From: the human T2T-CHM13v2.0 reference genome, Homo sapiens
Strand: one strand, 5' to 3'
DNA: 64,000 nucleotides
Assembly (NCBI RefSeq): GCF_009914755.1
Contig: NC_060932.1
In this document: one piece after another, positions 1-18,304 of the stretch
Layout: each line of letters starts with the position of its first letter
Numbering within the stretch: the first letter of the stretch is position 1
Notes under the pieces: model-generated
Databases searched by the model: none
What the model was told of the DNA's origin: nothing
Seen by the model: only the letters and a program-made list of their open reading frames with translations
Position numbers and translations under genes: made by a program

Positions 1-758
1 ATCAAGGACCTTGTTGAAATGCAGGTTCTCATCTGGGAGGCTCAGTGGGCCGGCAAATCTGCACTAGTTTAGGAAGCTCACCCTGAGTATCAAGCTTCAG
101 TGAGTATCAGGCAGACCCCTGCCTACCAACCCCCTCTCAGCTGGGCTTAACTCTGGCTCTCTCCTGCCAGGGTTCCTCCTCTCAAAATAGGAGCTATTTT
201 CAAAAAGTCTCTTGGAAAAAAAGCCCTGTTTTAAAATTGGGGTGTTCAGGATTGGCCATCTGCTCACCATGGGGTTTTAAGACCTTTGCCCAGAACCCTG
301 CAACCAACTTAGAACTGACGTCTTTACTTTTGAAGGCCCCACTCCACACCATATTAAATTAATTAAAATCAACCCGCATTACAGGCATATCTCAGGCATC
401 ATGCCCTCAGAAAGGAGTTGCAGCTGATCACTTGACAATGTTGTAAGGCATTAAACATGCATTCATTTCAGCCTTGCAGTTTTCACATTTAGGAGCCAAT
501 TGTCTTAGGTCTAAAGCATTCATGCCGAAGCATTGTTATGGGCCCCAGACACTATGCTTCCCAGCCTTAATGGCCTCTGCAATGCTGGTTCCTACTGGCC
601 CACCCCTGGGTTCTGGCCGGCTAGCCCGTGCCACCTCACTGCTCCCCCATTCAAGTGTGCCTTAAATGTGTGGTTTCCAAACTCATCTACACTTTAGGGT
701 CACCTGAGATTTTTTTTTTAAATCTTCCAAAACCCAGGCCACACCCAAGAACAATTAA

Positions 759-965
<207 letters not shown>

Positions 966-1699
966 TAAATTTTTTATAGAGACAGTATCTCCTTATGTTC
1001 TCCAGGCTAGTCTCAAACTCCTGGGCTCAAGTGATACTCCCGCCTCACCGTCCCAAACTGCTGGGATTATAGGCATGAGCCACCATGTCTGGACATCAGC
1101 ATCTGTATTTTTTGAAGCACAGACGAGTTTGGGAACTACCGCGCTAGACTGAGTTTCGATTCCTAGCCCTGTCTGACCGTAGGATTCGGCTGGGCTGCTT
1201 CTGAAAACAGAGCTCCCCAGGCTCCTTCCCAGGTAATTCTGATTCATTAGGTCTGGGGTGGGCCCCGGAATGTGCATTTTTTATGAGATCCCTCTGGGTG
1301 AATCTGGCTAAAGCCAGTTTGGGATCTGAGACCTTGGAGATCATTCCCCAGCTTCCCTCCTAACCCAGTTCCCGGCTTGGCCCACCTCACCCAGGCTGTG
1401 TCACGTCTGACTTCGCAGATTACACCTGAGAGGGAAGCCCCAGCCATCACAATGTGAGAACATTTTACAATGAACAGGATATGCCAAGTACATTTTAAGA
1501 CTCATTCAGGATTAGCGTTCACCTTAAACTTGACAGACTCAGAGAATGGGCTGGCCACGTGCTGTGCACAACCCTTAGTGCCCTTCTGTGACTAATATTT
1601 GGATAATTGATTGTTGGAAGCTCAGGAAGCCTCTCTCTCTCAGAGGGGTTGAAGTTAACTTCTTTATTTCTGAGGTAGGGAAGAAAATGAGGATGTTCT

Positions 1700-2802
<1,103 letters not shown>

Positions 2803-3167
2803 TTAAGGGTTAGCTAGAAAGCCTGACCCTTTCACAGACAGACGGAAGGGCCAAAAGAAAATAGATTGTTTGCAGTGGGGCAAGAAGGATAAGAATCCTA
2901 TGGAAAAAAAAATAACAGAGGGATTTGTTTAGTGAGCGCTGGGGAGAGGCATTTGTTTTCTTGCTTGAAAAAGAAACACACGTTGGGTGCGGTGGCTAAA
3001 GCCTTAATCCCAGCACTCTGGGAGGCCAAGGTGGGTGGATCACCTAAGCTCAGGAGTTTGAGACCAGCCTGGCCAACACTGTGAAACCCCATCTCTACTA
3101 AAAAGACATAAACAAAGAAAGAAAGAAATTAGCCAGGCACGGTGGTGGGCGCCTGCAATCCCAGCTA

Positions 3168-3275
<108 letters not shown>

Positions 3276-3534
3276 TCAACCAAAAAGAAAGAAAGAAAGA
3301 AAGAAAGAAAACCATAGTTTTAAGTCCACTCAGTGGAGTTTAAAAATACATTCCCATTGCACAGTGCTTTTGGAATCTTTTCTAAACTTCTGTTGCACAT
3401 GGTCTAATTTGATCTTCATAGCAACTCCCTGAGGTGGATAGGGCAGGCCTTTCTGAACACCTATTTTCTAGTTTGCATTAAAAGAACGGAATTGGCTGGG
3501 ACCAGTGCCTCATGCCTATAATCCCAAAACTTTG

Positions 3535-4552
3535 TGATACAGAAGGGAAGTGCTCAGAAGGGAAGAATGTGGTCCCTTTAAATGATATGGAAGTGAGGAA
3601 GGGAAGTACTGGGTAGAGGAGGGTGTGGTCCCTGGCTAGGGCTCCACCCCAGGGCCTGTGTCCACGGACCTAGGTGAGGACTGGCATTTTTGTTTTCCTG
3701 CCCAGATGTTGCATTTCCCAAGACCACCCTGGCTGCCACACCCCCATTCTGTGCCTATAAAAACCCTGAGACCCTAGCAGGCAGACACAGGCAGCTGGAC
3801 TTTGAGAGGAGCACATCAGCAGAGGAACACAAGGGTGCTGGACTTCAACAGGAACGCACCAATGGGCACCGTCACACCGCAGGCCACTGACTGCAGAACA
3901 ACGCAGAGTTTGGCTGGGACATTCGGAGAAGAGTCCGGCCACTCACCCAACTCCAGGGGTAAACCATCTCCCTTCTGGCACGCCCATCTGCTGAGAGATA
4001 CTTCCACTCAATAAAACCTTGCACTCTCACGCCTGTAATCCCAGAACTTTGGGAGGCCGAGGCGGGCAGATCACGAGGTCAGGAGCTCCAGACCATCCTG
4101 GCTAACACAGTGAAACCCCATCTCTACTAAAAATACAAAAAAATTAGCCAGGCGTGGTGGTGGGTGCCTGTAGTCCCAGCTACTTGGAAGGCTGAGGCAG
4201 GAGAATGGCGTGAACCCAGGAGTAGGAGCTTGCAGTGAGCTGAGATCACACCACTTCTGGTACACCAAGGCAAGAACCCCGGGACAAAGAGAGCCCTCTC
4301 TCCTTGCAATAAGGCAGGGGTCTAATTGAGCCGACTAACACAAGCTACCTACAGACGGCTAAACTAAAAGAGCACCCTGTAACACACGCCCACTGGGGCT
4401 TCAACTATAAACATTCACCCCTGGACACTGCCATGGGTCTCCCTGCCTGTCTGCATGCTCTCCTAGAGGTTTGAGCAGTGGGGCACTGAATAAACGAACC
4501 ACACCCGCATCGCATGCCCTTCGAGGGGGACAACAGAACTTTTCCCATTTCA
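3535..4552 (+). mobile_element. ERV1 solo LTR, MER50-like
   Basis: TG...CA termini (tgatacagaagg...cccatttca), TATA-like cctataaaaacc, AATAAA near 4010, and a near-perfect 4-bp TSD TTTG/TCTG. Family name is from recall of the consensus. Confidence 0.75.
4026..4255 (+). mobile_element. Internal AluY-like fragment with no 5' end, A-tail or TSD
   Basis: AluY-type positions (gaccatcctggctaacac, gagaatggcgtgaaccc, gagcttgcagtgagc). It starts at ctcacgcc and stops at gagatcacaccact. Confidence 0.8.
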
Positions 4553-5528
4553 TCTGAGAGGCCAAGGCAGGAGGATCGCTTGAGCCCATGTGTTTGAGAC
4601 CAGCCTACACAACATAGCAAGACACCATCTCTACAAAAAAAAAAAATAAGTAAACAAAAAAAAAGCATTAAAAATTAGCCAGCTGTGGTGGCACACACCT
4701 GTAGTTTCAGCTACTCAGGAGGCTGATGTGGAAGGATTGATTGAGCCCAGGAGATTGAGGCTGCAGTGAGCCAAGATTGAACCACTGCACTCTAGCCTGG
4801 GCGACAGAGTGAGACCCTGTTTCGACAACAACAAAAAGAATGGAACAAAATAACTTCTCAAATAGCTAGCAGAGGGAGATCTGGTTCTCAAATGCAGGTT
4901 TTCCAGGTTTCAATTCTTGTTTCTAGCAGTATTATGGAGAAACATGATCACTAATACATGAAGGAGAGGAGGTTTCAAGTTCTGATGAAAAGATGGTAAA
5001 GAGAGGAGTTAGTTGACTAGGAGCGACTAGGAATAGGAAGAAAACGCATGACACTACTTAGAGGAAAGAAGAAAAATAAGCATAGAGGTGACTGAGCAGA
5101 CAGAAAGGACTTGGAAGAAGCGTGTTTGGCCCTGTCTCTAAATTTTTTCCCTTGCATTAGTAACTTCCCTGATGACTTGGATGAATCTTCTCTTCCAGAG
5201 TACCTAGTGCTCCCTTTCTGTCCACTTCTCCTTTCCCAGGGCCCATACAGTCTGGGAAAGCATGCTCTGCAGGCTTCTCATATCTTTCCTTCCTTAATCT
5301 GCCCCTAGCATCTCTACATAACCCATATACACCTGGAGTTCCACATGTTCCAGTCTTTGCACTGCAGTGAATTCAAAGAATGGTAGACTCTAGCTGGGCG
5401 CAGGGGCTCACACCTGTAATCCCAGCACTTTGGGAGGCTGAGGCAGGTGGATCACTTGAGCCCAGGAGTTCAAGACCAGGCCCGGCCAACATGGTGAAAC
5501 CCCATCTCTACTAAAAATACAAAAATTA

Positions 5529-5780
<252 letters not shown>

Positions 5781-6400
5781 TCAAAAGCAACTCAAATAAT
5801 TATTCAGTCAACCCAGTTCTATCTCAGTTCTTTATTATATATATAAACTTATTCTGTCCAGATTCCCTAGTTTTCTTTTTCTTATCTTTTTTGTTTTCTT
5901 TTGAGACAGGACCTCACTCTGTCACCCAGGCTAGAGTATAGTGGCACAATCATGGCTCACTGCAGCCTCAACCTCCTGGGCTGAAGTAGTTCTCCCACCT
6001 CAGCCTCCCAAGTAACTGGAACTACAGGTGCATGCCACCATGCTCAGCACCTTTTTGTATTTTTTGTAGAAACGGGGTCTCGCTATGTGGGCCAGGCTGG
6101 TCTTGAACTCCTGGACTCAAGAAGTCCGCCTGCCTCAACCTCCCAAAGGGCCAAGATTACAAGCATGAGCCACTGCATCTGGCTGATTCCTTAGTTTTCT
6201 TTTTCTCTTTGCCCATTGCCTGGATTCCATAAGCAGAAGGAAAACCCAGGGACTGACTTTGTAGGAAATACCCTTTCCTCTTCAAAACATAAATTGGCTC
6301 AAGTGGTACCAAAACTGAAACATGTTTATAACTTAACATCTTTTCTTCCTACCCCTTCAATCTCTTGAGCAATGAGAAAAGGCACTGGGCTCTTTATTTG

Positions 6401-7427
6401 TGTAGGGAAAAGAAAGAGAGATCCGACTGTCACTGTGTCTATGTCGAAAGGGAAGACATAAGAGACTCCATTTTGAAAAAGATCTGTACTTAAAACAATT
6501 GCTTTGCAGAGATGTTGTTCATTTGTAGCTTTGCCCCAGCCACTTTGCCCCAACCACTTTGACCCAACTTGGAGTTCACAAAAACATGTGTTGTATAAAA
6601 TCAAGGTTTGAGGGATCTAGGGCTGTGCAGGACGTGCCTTGTTAACCAAATGTTTACAAGCAGTATACTTGGTAAAAGTCATTGCCATTCTCTAGTCTCA
6701 ATAAACCAGGGGCACAATACACTGTGGAAAGCCGCAGGGACCTCTGCCCTTGAAAGCAGGGTATTGTCCAAGGTTTCTCCCCATGTGATAATCTGAAATA
6801 TGGCCTCGTGGGATGAGAAAGACCTGACTGTTCCCCAGCCCGATACCCATAAAGGGTCTGTGGTGAGGTGAATTAGTAAAAGAGGAAAGCCTCTTGCAGT
6901 TGAGATGGAGGAAGGCCACTGTCTCCTGCCTGCCCCTGGGAACTCAAAGTCTCGGTGTAAAACCCGATTGTACATTTGTTTAAGTCTGAGATCGGAGAAA
7001 AGCTGCCCTGTGATGGGAGGCAAGACATGTTTGCAGCAATGCTGCCTTGTTATTCTTTACTCCACTGAGATTTTTGGGTGGAGAGAAACATAAATCTGGC
7101 TTACGTACACGTCCAGTCATAGTACCTTCCCTTGAACTTAATTATGATATAGATTCTTTTGCTCACATGTTTTTTGTTGACCTCCTTATTATCACCCTGC
7201 TTTCCTAGTATATTCCTTTTTGCTGAAATAATGAAAATCATAATCAATAAAAACTGAGGGAACTCAGAGGCCGGTGCCTGTGCATGTCCTTGGTGTGCTA
7301 AGTGCTGGTCCCCTGGACCCACTGATGTTTCTCTATACTTTGTCTCTGTGTCTTATTTCTTTTCTCCGTCTCTCATCCCACCTGACTAGAAATACCCACA
7401 GGTGTGGAGGGGCAGACCACCCCTTCA
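6401..7427 (+). repeat. 5' LTR (LTR5A/LTR5B-like, older than LTR5_Hs)
   Basis: 1,027 bp with TG..CA ends. Highly similar to 14927-15950 and to the solo LTR at 60365-61385. Confidence 0.93.
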
Positions 7428-7429
7428 TC

Positions 7430-7447
7430 TGGAGCCCAGCGTGGGGC
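7430..7447 (+). promoter_or_regulatory. Primer binding site (tRNA-Lys), 2 mismatches
   Basis: TGGAGCCCAGCGTGGGGC compared with TGGCGCCCAACGTGGGGC, 2 nt after the LTR end. Confidence 0.9.
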
Positions 7448-9207
7448 CCTTCTCTAGGGTGAAGGTACGCTAAGAACGTGAGCATTGAGGACAGCCGATG
7501 AGAGATTCCCGAGTACGTCCACAGTCAGCCTTGCGGTTAGCTTGTGTGCTGGGAGGAATCCAGGATAACAATGGGGCAAACTGAAAGTAAATATGCTTCT
7601 TATCTCAGCTTCATTAAAATTCTCTTAAGAAGAGGGGGAGTTAAAGCTTCTACAGAAAATCTAGTTACGCTATTTCAAACAATAGAACAATTCTGCCCAA
7701 GGTTTCCAGAAAAGGGAACTTTAGATTTAAAAGATTGGGAAAAAATTGGCAAAGAACTAAAACAAGCAATTAGGGAAGGTAAAATCATCCCACTTACAGT
7801 ATGGAATGATTGGGCCACTATTAAAGCAACTTTAGAACAATTTCAAATAGAAGAAGATAGGGTTTCAGTCTTTGATGCCCCTGAAAGCTGTGTAATAGAT
7901 TGTGAAGAAGAGGCAGGAACAGAGTTTAAGAAAGGAATGGAAAGTTCACATTGTAAAAATGCAGTAGAGCCTGTACTGACTTGGTCAATGCAGAATGTTG
8001 ACTATAATCAATTACAGGAGGTAATATATCCTGAATCATCAAAATTGGGGGAAGGAGGTCCAGAATTATTTGGACCATCAGAGTTTAGAACACGATGGCC
8101 ACCAACTCCTTCTCCCGCGGTTCAGATGCCTGTGATGTCACAATCTCAAATGCCAATCCAGGCACAGTATCCGCAATACCAGCCAGTAGAAAATAAAACC
8201 CAACCATCGGTAGTTTATCAACACCAGCCGCCAGCCGCATTTCAGTATCCGCCGTCTCCAGAGGTTCAGTATGGATCTCAGGCGGTGCGTCCTGTGCCAA
8301 ATAGCAAGGCACTATATCAACAACCCACGGCGATGGCGTTTGATCTTACGGTACCACCTAGTGGACAAGATAGTGCACTGCATGAGACCATTGCTACAGC
8401 CAGAAAACAGGGAGATCTTGAGGCATGGCAATATCCGGTAATGTTACAACAGATGCCGGCCGGGAAAGGCAGTCAAGCAGGAGTTAAACAATATGGACCT
8501 AACTCTCCTTATATGAGAACATTATTAAATTCCATTGCTCATGGAAATAGACTTATTTCTTATGATTGGGAAATTCTGGCTAAATCTTCCCTTTCACCCT
8601 CTCAGTATCTCCAGTTTAAAACCTGGTGGATTGATGGGGTACAAGAACAGGTACGAAAAAATCAGGCAACTTATCCTGTTGCTTATATAGATGAAGACCA
8701 ATTGCTAGGAAGAGGTCCAAACTGGGACACTATTAACCAACAATCAGTAATGAAAATGAGGCTATTGAACAACTATAAGGGCTATTTGCCTCAGGGCCTG
8801 GGAAAACATTCAGGACCCAGGAACCTCATGCCCTTCTTTTAGTTCAATCAGACAAGGATCTAAAGAGCCATATCCAGACTTTGTGGCAAGGTTGCAAGAT
8901 GCAGCTCAAAAATCCATTGCAGGTAACGCCCGAAAAGTTATTGTAGAAATAATGGCTTATCAAAACGCAAATTCAGAGTGTCAATCAGCCATAAAGCCAT
9001 TAAGAGGAAATGTTTCAGCAGGAGTTGATGTAATTACAGAATATGTGAAGGTTTGTGATGGGATTGGGGGAGCTATGCATAAGGCAATGCTATCGGCTTA
9101 AGCAATTACAGGGGTTGCTTTAGGAGGACAAGTTAAAACATTTGGGGGAAAATGTTATAATTGTGGTCAAATCGGTCATCTAAAAAAGAATTGCCCAGGC
9201 TTAAATA

Positions 9208-9240
<33 letters not shown>

Positions 9241-9339
9241 GAAGAAGAAGAAAAAAAAAAAATAGAGCCACCTGGCCTGTGTCCAAGATGTGGAAAAGGA
9301 AAACACTGGGCTAAGGCATGTCGTTCTAAATTTGATAAA

Positions 9340-13051
<3,712 letters not shown>

Positions 13052-14908
13052 AAAAAGCCTGGAAAACACAAGGGTAACACAAACTCCAGAGAATATGCTA
13101 CTTGCAGATTTAATGATTGTATCAGCGGTGATAAGTCTCCCTATGTCTTCAGGAGCCGCTACAGCTAACTATACTTACTGGGCCTATGTGATTTTCCCAC
13201 CCTTAATTCGAGCAGTCACTTGGATAGATAATCCTATTGAAGTATATGTTAATAACAGTGCATGGGTACCAGGCCCCACAGATGACCGTGGCCCTGCCCA
13301 ACCTGAAGAAGAAGGAATGATGATAAACATTTCCATTGGGTATCATTATCCTCCTATTTGCCTGGGAAAAGCACCAGGATGCTTAATGCCTACAATCCAA
13401 ACTTGGTTGATAGAAGTACCTACTGTCAGTGCCACCAGTAAATTTACTTATCATATGATAAGAGGAATGTCGCTCAGGTCACAAATGAATAATTTACAGA
13501 ATTCTTCCTATCAAAGATCATTAAAATTTAGGCCTAAAGGGAAACCATGCCCCAAGGAAATTCCAAAAGAATCAAAAGACCCAGTAGTCTTAGTTTGGGA
13601 AGAATGTGTGGCTGATACTGCAGTGGTACTACAAAACAATAAATTTGAAACTATTATAGACTAGGCCCCTCAAGGCCAATTATATTATGACTGTATGGGC
13701 CAGACCCACTCATGTTCACAGGCTCCATGTGTCTGGCCCACTAATCCGGCCTGTGATAGTGATTTAACTAAAAGGCTAGACCAGGTTTATAGAAGGCTAG
13801 AATCACCCTATCCATGGAAATGGGGTGAAAAGAGGATTTCATCACCCCGACCAAATTTAGTTAGTCCTGTTTTTGGTCCTGAACACCCAGAATTATGGAA
13901 GCTCACTGTGGCCTCGTACCACATTAGAATTTGGTCTGGAAATCAAGTTATGGGAACAAGAAATCATAAGCCATATTAATTATTAACCTAAATTCCAATC
14001 TGAAAATTCCTTTGCAAAGTTGTGTAAAACCTCCTTATATGCTAGTTGTAGAAAACATAGCTATTAAACCAGATTCCCAAACTACAACCAGTGAAAATTG
14101 TAGATTGTTTACTTGCATTGATTCAACTTTTGATTGGCAGAATGCTATTCTGTTAGTAAGGGCAAGAGAAGGCGTGTGGATCCCTGTGTCCATGGATCGA
14201 CCGTGGGAGGCTTCTCCATCCGTACATAACTTAAGTATTAAAAGGAGTTCTAATTAGATTTAAAAGATTCATTTTTACTTTGATTGCAGTGATTATGGGT
14301 CTTATTGCAGTCACAGCTACTGCCGTGGCTGCTGGAATTGCTTTACACTCCTCTGTTCAAACTGCAGAATATGTGAATAATTGGCAAAAGAATTCCTCAA
14401 AATTGTGGAATTCTTAGACTCAAATGGGTCAAAAATTGGCAAATCAAATTAATGATCTTAGACAAACTGTTATTTGGATGGGAGATAGGCTCATGAGCTT
14501 AGAATATCTTTTTCAGTTACAGTGTGACTGGAATACATCAGATTTTTGTATTACACCTCGAGCGTATAATGAATCTGAACAGCACTGGGACATGGTTAGA
14601 CGCCATCTACAAGGAAGAGAAGATAATCTTACCTTAGATATTTCTAAATTGAAAGAACAAATTTTTGAAACATCAAAAGCCCAGTTAAATCTGGTGTCAG
14701 AAACGGAGGCAATGGTAAAAGCTGTTGATAGCCTCACAAATCTTAACCCTGTCACTTGGGTTAAAACCATTGGAAATTCCACTATTGCAAATTTTGTATT
14801 AATTCTTGTATGTCTGTCCTCTCTATTGTTAGTCTACAGGTGTATCCAGCAGCTCCGGAGAGACAGCGACCAGCGAGAAGGGACCATGATGACCATGGCG
14901 GTTTTGTC

Positions 14909-14926
14909 AAAAAGAAAAGCGGGAAA
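14909..14926 (+). promoter_or_regulatory. Polypurine tract (one G>C change)
   Basis: AAAAAGAAAAGCGGGAAA immediately before the TG of the 3' LTR. Confidence 0.85.
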
Positions 14927-15950
14927 TGTAGGGAAAAGAGAGAGATCAGACTGTCACTGTGTCTATGTAGAAAGGGAAGACATAAGAGACTCCATTTTGA
15001 AAAAGACCTGTACTCTAACAATTGCTTTGCTGAGATGTTGTTCATTTGTAGCTTTGCCCCAGCCACTTTGCCCCAGTCACTTTGCCCCAACTTGGAGTTC
15101 ACAAAAACATGTGTTGTATAAAATCAAGGTTTGAGGGATCTAGGGCTGTGCAGGACGTGCCTTGTTAACCAAATATTTACAAGCAGTATACTTGGTAAAA
15201 GTCATTGCCATTCTCTAGTCACAATAAACCACGGGAACAATGCACCGTGGAAAGCCGCAGGGAGCCCTGCCCTTGAAAGCAGGGTATTGTCCAAGGTTTC
15301 TCCCCATGTGATAGTCTGAAATATGGCCTCGTGGGATGAGAAAGACCTGACTGTCCCCCAGCCTGACACCCGTAAAGGGTCTGTGCTGAGGCGGATTAGG
15401 AAAAGAGGAAAGCCTCTTGCAGTTGAGATGGAGGAAGGCCACTATCTCCTGCTTGCCCCTGGGAACTGAATGTCTCGGTGTAAACCCGATTGTACATTTG
15501 TTCAAGTCTGAGCTAGGAGAAAAGCTGTCCTGTGGCGGGAGGCGAGACATGTTGCAGTAACGCTGCCTTGTTATTCTTTACTCCACTGAGATGTTTGGGT
15601 GGAGAGAAACATAAATCTGGCCTACGTGCAAGTCCAGTCATAGTACCTTCCCTTGAACTTAATTATGATATAGATTCTTTTGCTCACATGTTTTTTGTTG
15701 ACCTTCTCCTTATTATCACCCTGCTCTCCTATTACATTCCTTTTTGCTGAAATAATGAAAATCATAATCAATAAAAACTGAGGGAACTCAGAGGCCGGTG
15801 CCCGTGCAAATCCTGGTGTGCTGAGTGCCGGTCCCCTGGATCCACTGTTGTTTCCCTGTACTTTGTCTCTGTGTCTTATTTCTTTTCTCCGTCTCTCATC
15901 CCACCCGACTAGAAATACCCACAGGTGTGGAGGGGCAGGCCACCCCTTCA
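14927..15950 (+). repeat. 3' LTR (LTR5A/LTR5B-like)
   Basis: 1,024 bp with TG..CA ends, followed by the TSD ATTTG. Confidence 0.93.
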
Positions 15951-17192
15951 ATTTGGTGACACATAGCCTGTGGCCTCAAAGAACACTGACACCCCGGTAA
16001 CATCCATTCAAAGAGGTTCTCCATACCTCCCCTCCTTTATCCCCAAGGTCTCTGGGTCAGAGATCACTGAGTCATTCACAACATGATGTTTAACACCGAG
16101 ACGCTCTGGAATTACTCCTTCAAGATGACTCAGAAGAAGACCCAGTGCTGAGACAATCGTGTTCTCTCTCTCTCTGGATCACCGCCCAGAGACAAGGACT
16201 GCCAGAGACCCTGGCTTCCCCAGCTGCTGCCTCCCATTCCTGCACCTGTGGGATGAGAGATCGAAGCTGTGTGACCTTGACCAAGTTACTTACCCTCTCT
16301 AAGCATATGTTTCCCTAAATGTGAAATAGGATGATGGTGATGTGTTTATTTCACAGATTTGATAGAAGGATTAAATGAGAGATGCATCAAAAGCAGTGGG
16401 CACAGGGTCAATGCTCAGTGAGCTTTCTCTTTTCTTATCAATAGACAGGTCTCCATGAGGACAGAGACTGGCTTCATCTTGACTGTAGCCTCAGGGCTGG
16501 CCACAGTGTCTGCACCCAGCAGGACTTCAGTAAATATCTGTTTATACACTAACCACAGACTTAGGCATAAAAGCCCTTTGGAAGAAAGTTGACCATTTCA
16601 TGCACCTTCAGACTATGAAGAGCAATGATGACAACTTTAGCTCGAGAGGCTCTCAGTGCTCATTCATACCACTGTGAAAAGGCAGAAACCAGAGCTGTGT
16701 GTTTAACTCTCAGCCCCAAAACCTGTTGGCTTTGCTTTATCACTATGAACTTCCAATGCCATCCCTTTAGAATGAGACCTCTCTCTTCTTCCCCAAGGCA
16801 CCAGCCTTCACCCTAGACCTCTCCTTATTAGCTGGTTCCTCCTGTCTGTACTCTGAGCCCATGCTGTGCTCGTCAGATAGCAACAAGGGAGAATACAGCA
16901 GCCCAGAATGCAGGCTGCAGAGTTAGATCCCCAGAACAGGATCTCAGCCGGCTCCATCCTTCCTCAGCTGGGCGACCGTGGCCATTGACTTCCTCTCTGT
17001 GCCTCAGTTGCTCCATCTGTGAAATGACGATTGTCATAGTCCCTGCTTCAAAGAGTCACTGGGAGGATTAACTGAGAAAATGCAGGGAAGGTGCTTGGAA
17101 CTAAATGCTCCAAAAAAGTCCATCTGGCCAGGCACGGTGTCTCACGCCTGTAATCCCAGCACTTCGGGAGACTGAGGCAGGTGGATCACTTA

Positions 17193-17405
<213 letters not shown>

Positions 17406-17508
17406 TCAAAAAAAAAAAAAAGTCCATCATTCTTATTAATGGAGGACAAATCATCTCAGTGCTTCTTTGGCTGATCAGTACCCTCAAAGCTAGTGTTATC
17501 CAATAGAC

Positions 17509-18018
17509 CAGAGGTCCCCATCCCCCAGACCACAGACCAGTAGCAGTCTGTGGCCTGTTAGGAACTGGGCTGCACAGAAGGAGGTGAGCAGTGAGCTAAT
17601 GAGTGAAGCTTCATCTGTATTTACAGCTGCTCCCCATGGCTAGCGTTACCGCCTGAGCTCTGTCTCCTGTCAGATCAGCAGTGGCATTAGATTCTGATAG
17701 GAGCACCAACCCTATTGTGATCTGCATGTGGAAGGGATCTAGGTTGTGTGCTCCTTATGAGAATCTAATGCCTGATGATCTGTCACTGTCTCCCACCACC
17801 CGGAGATGGGATTATCTAGTTGCAGGAAAACAAGCTCAGGGCTCTCACTGATTCTACATTATGGTGAGTGGTATAATGATTTCATTATATATTATAATGT
17901 TCATAACAATAGAAATAAAGTACACAATAAATGTAATGCACTTGAATCATCCTGAAACTTCCCCCAACAAGTACACGGAAACTGGTCCTTGGTGCTAAAA
18001 AAAAATTGGGGACCACTG
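17509..18018. mobile_element. hAT-Charlie DNA transposon fossil, MER1A-like, inserted in an older MER3-like element
   Basis: Terminal inverted repeats cagaggtcccca / tggggaccactg, with a perfect 8-bp TSD CAATAGAC (17501-17508 and 18019-18026). Confidence 0.85.
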
Positions 18019-18133
18019 CAATAGACTATTCAGTCATGGTCCAATCAAACATTCTGCAATGGTGGGCTTGCTCTACTCTGCACTGTCCAACATGGGAGCT
18101 GCTAGCCGCCCACATGGGCTGTTGAGCCCTTGA

Positions 18134-18304
<171 letters not shown>

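Larger units (their letters stand above)
3494..4838 (+). mobile_element. Old Alu (AluJ-like) interrupted by a MER50-like LTR
   Basis: The Alu 5' end runs 3494-3534 and resumes at 4553 (gagaggccaaggcagg) through to the A-tail. Flanked by an AAAAGAAYGGAA TSD. Confidence 0.8.

Noticed and set aside
6608-7462. Short ORFs repeated at 15131-16000 and 60042-61088
   Set aside because: They recur only because the three LTR5 copies are homologous; there is no coding evidence.
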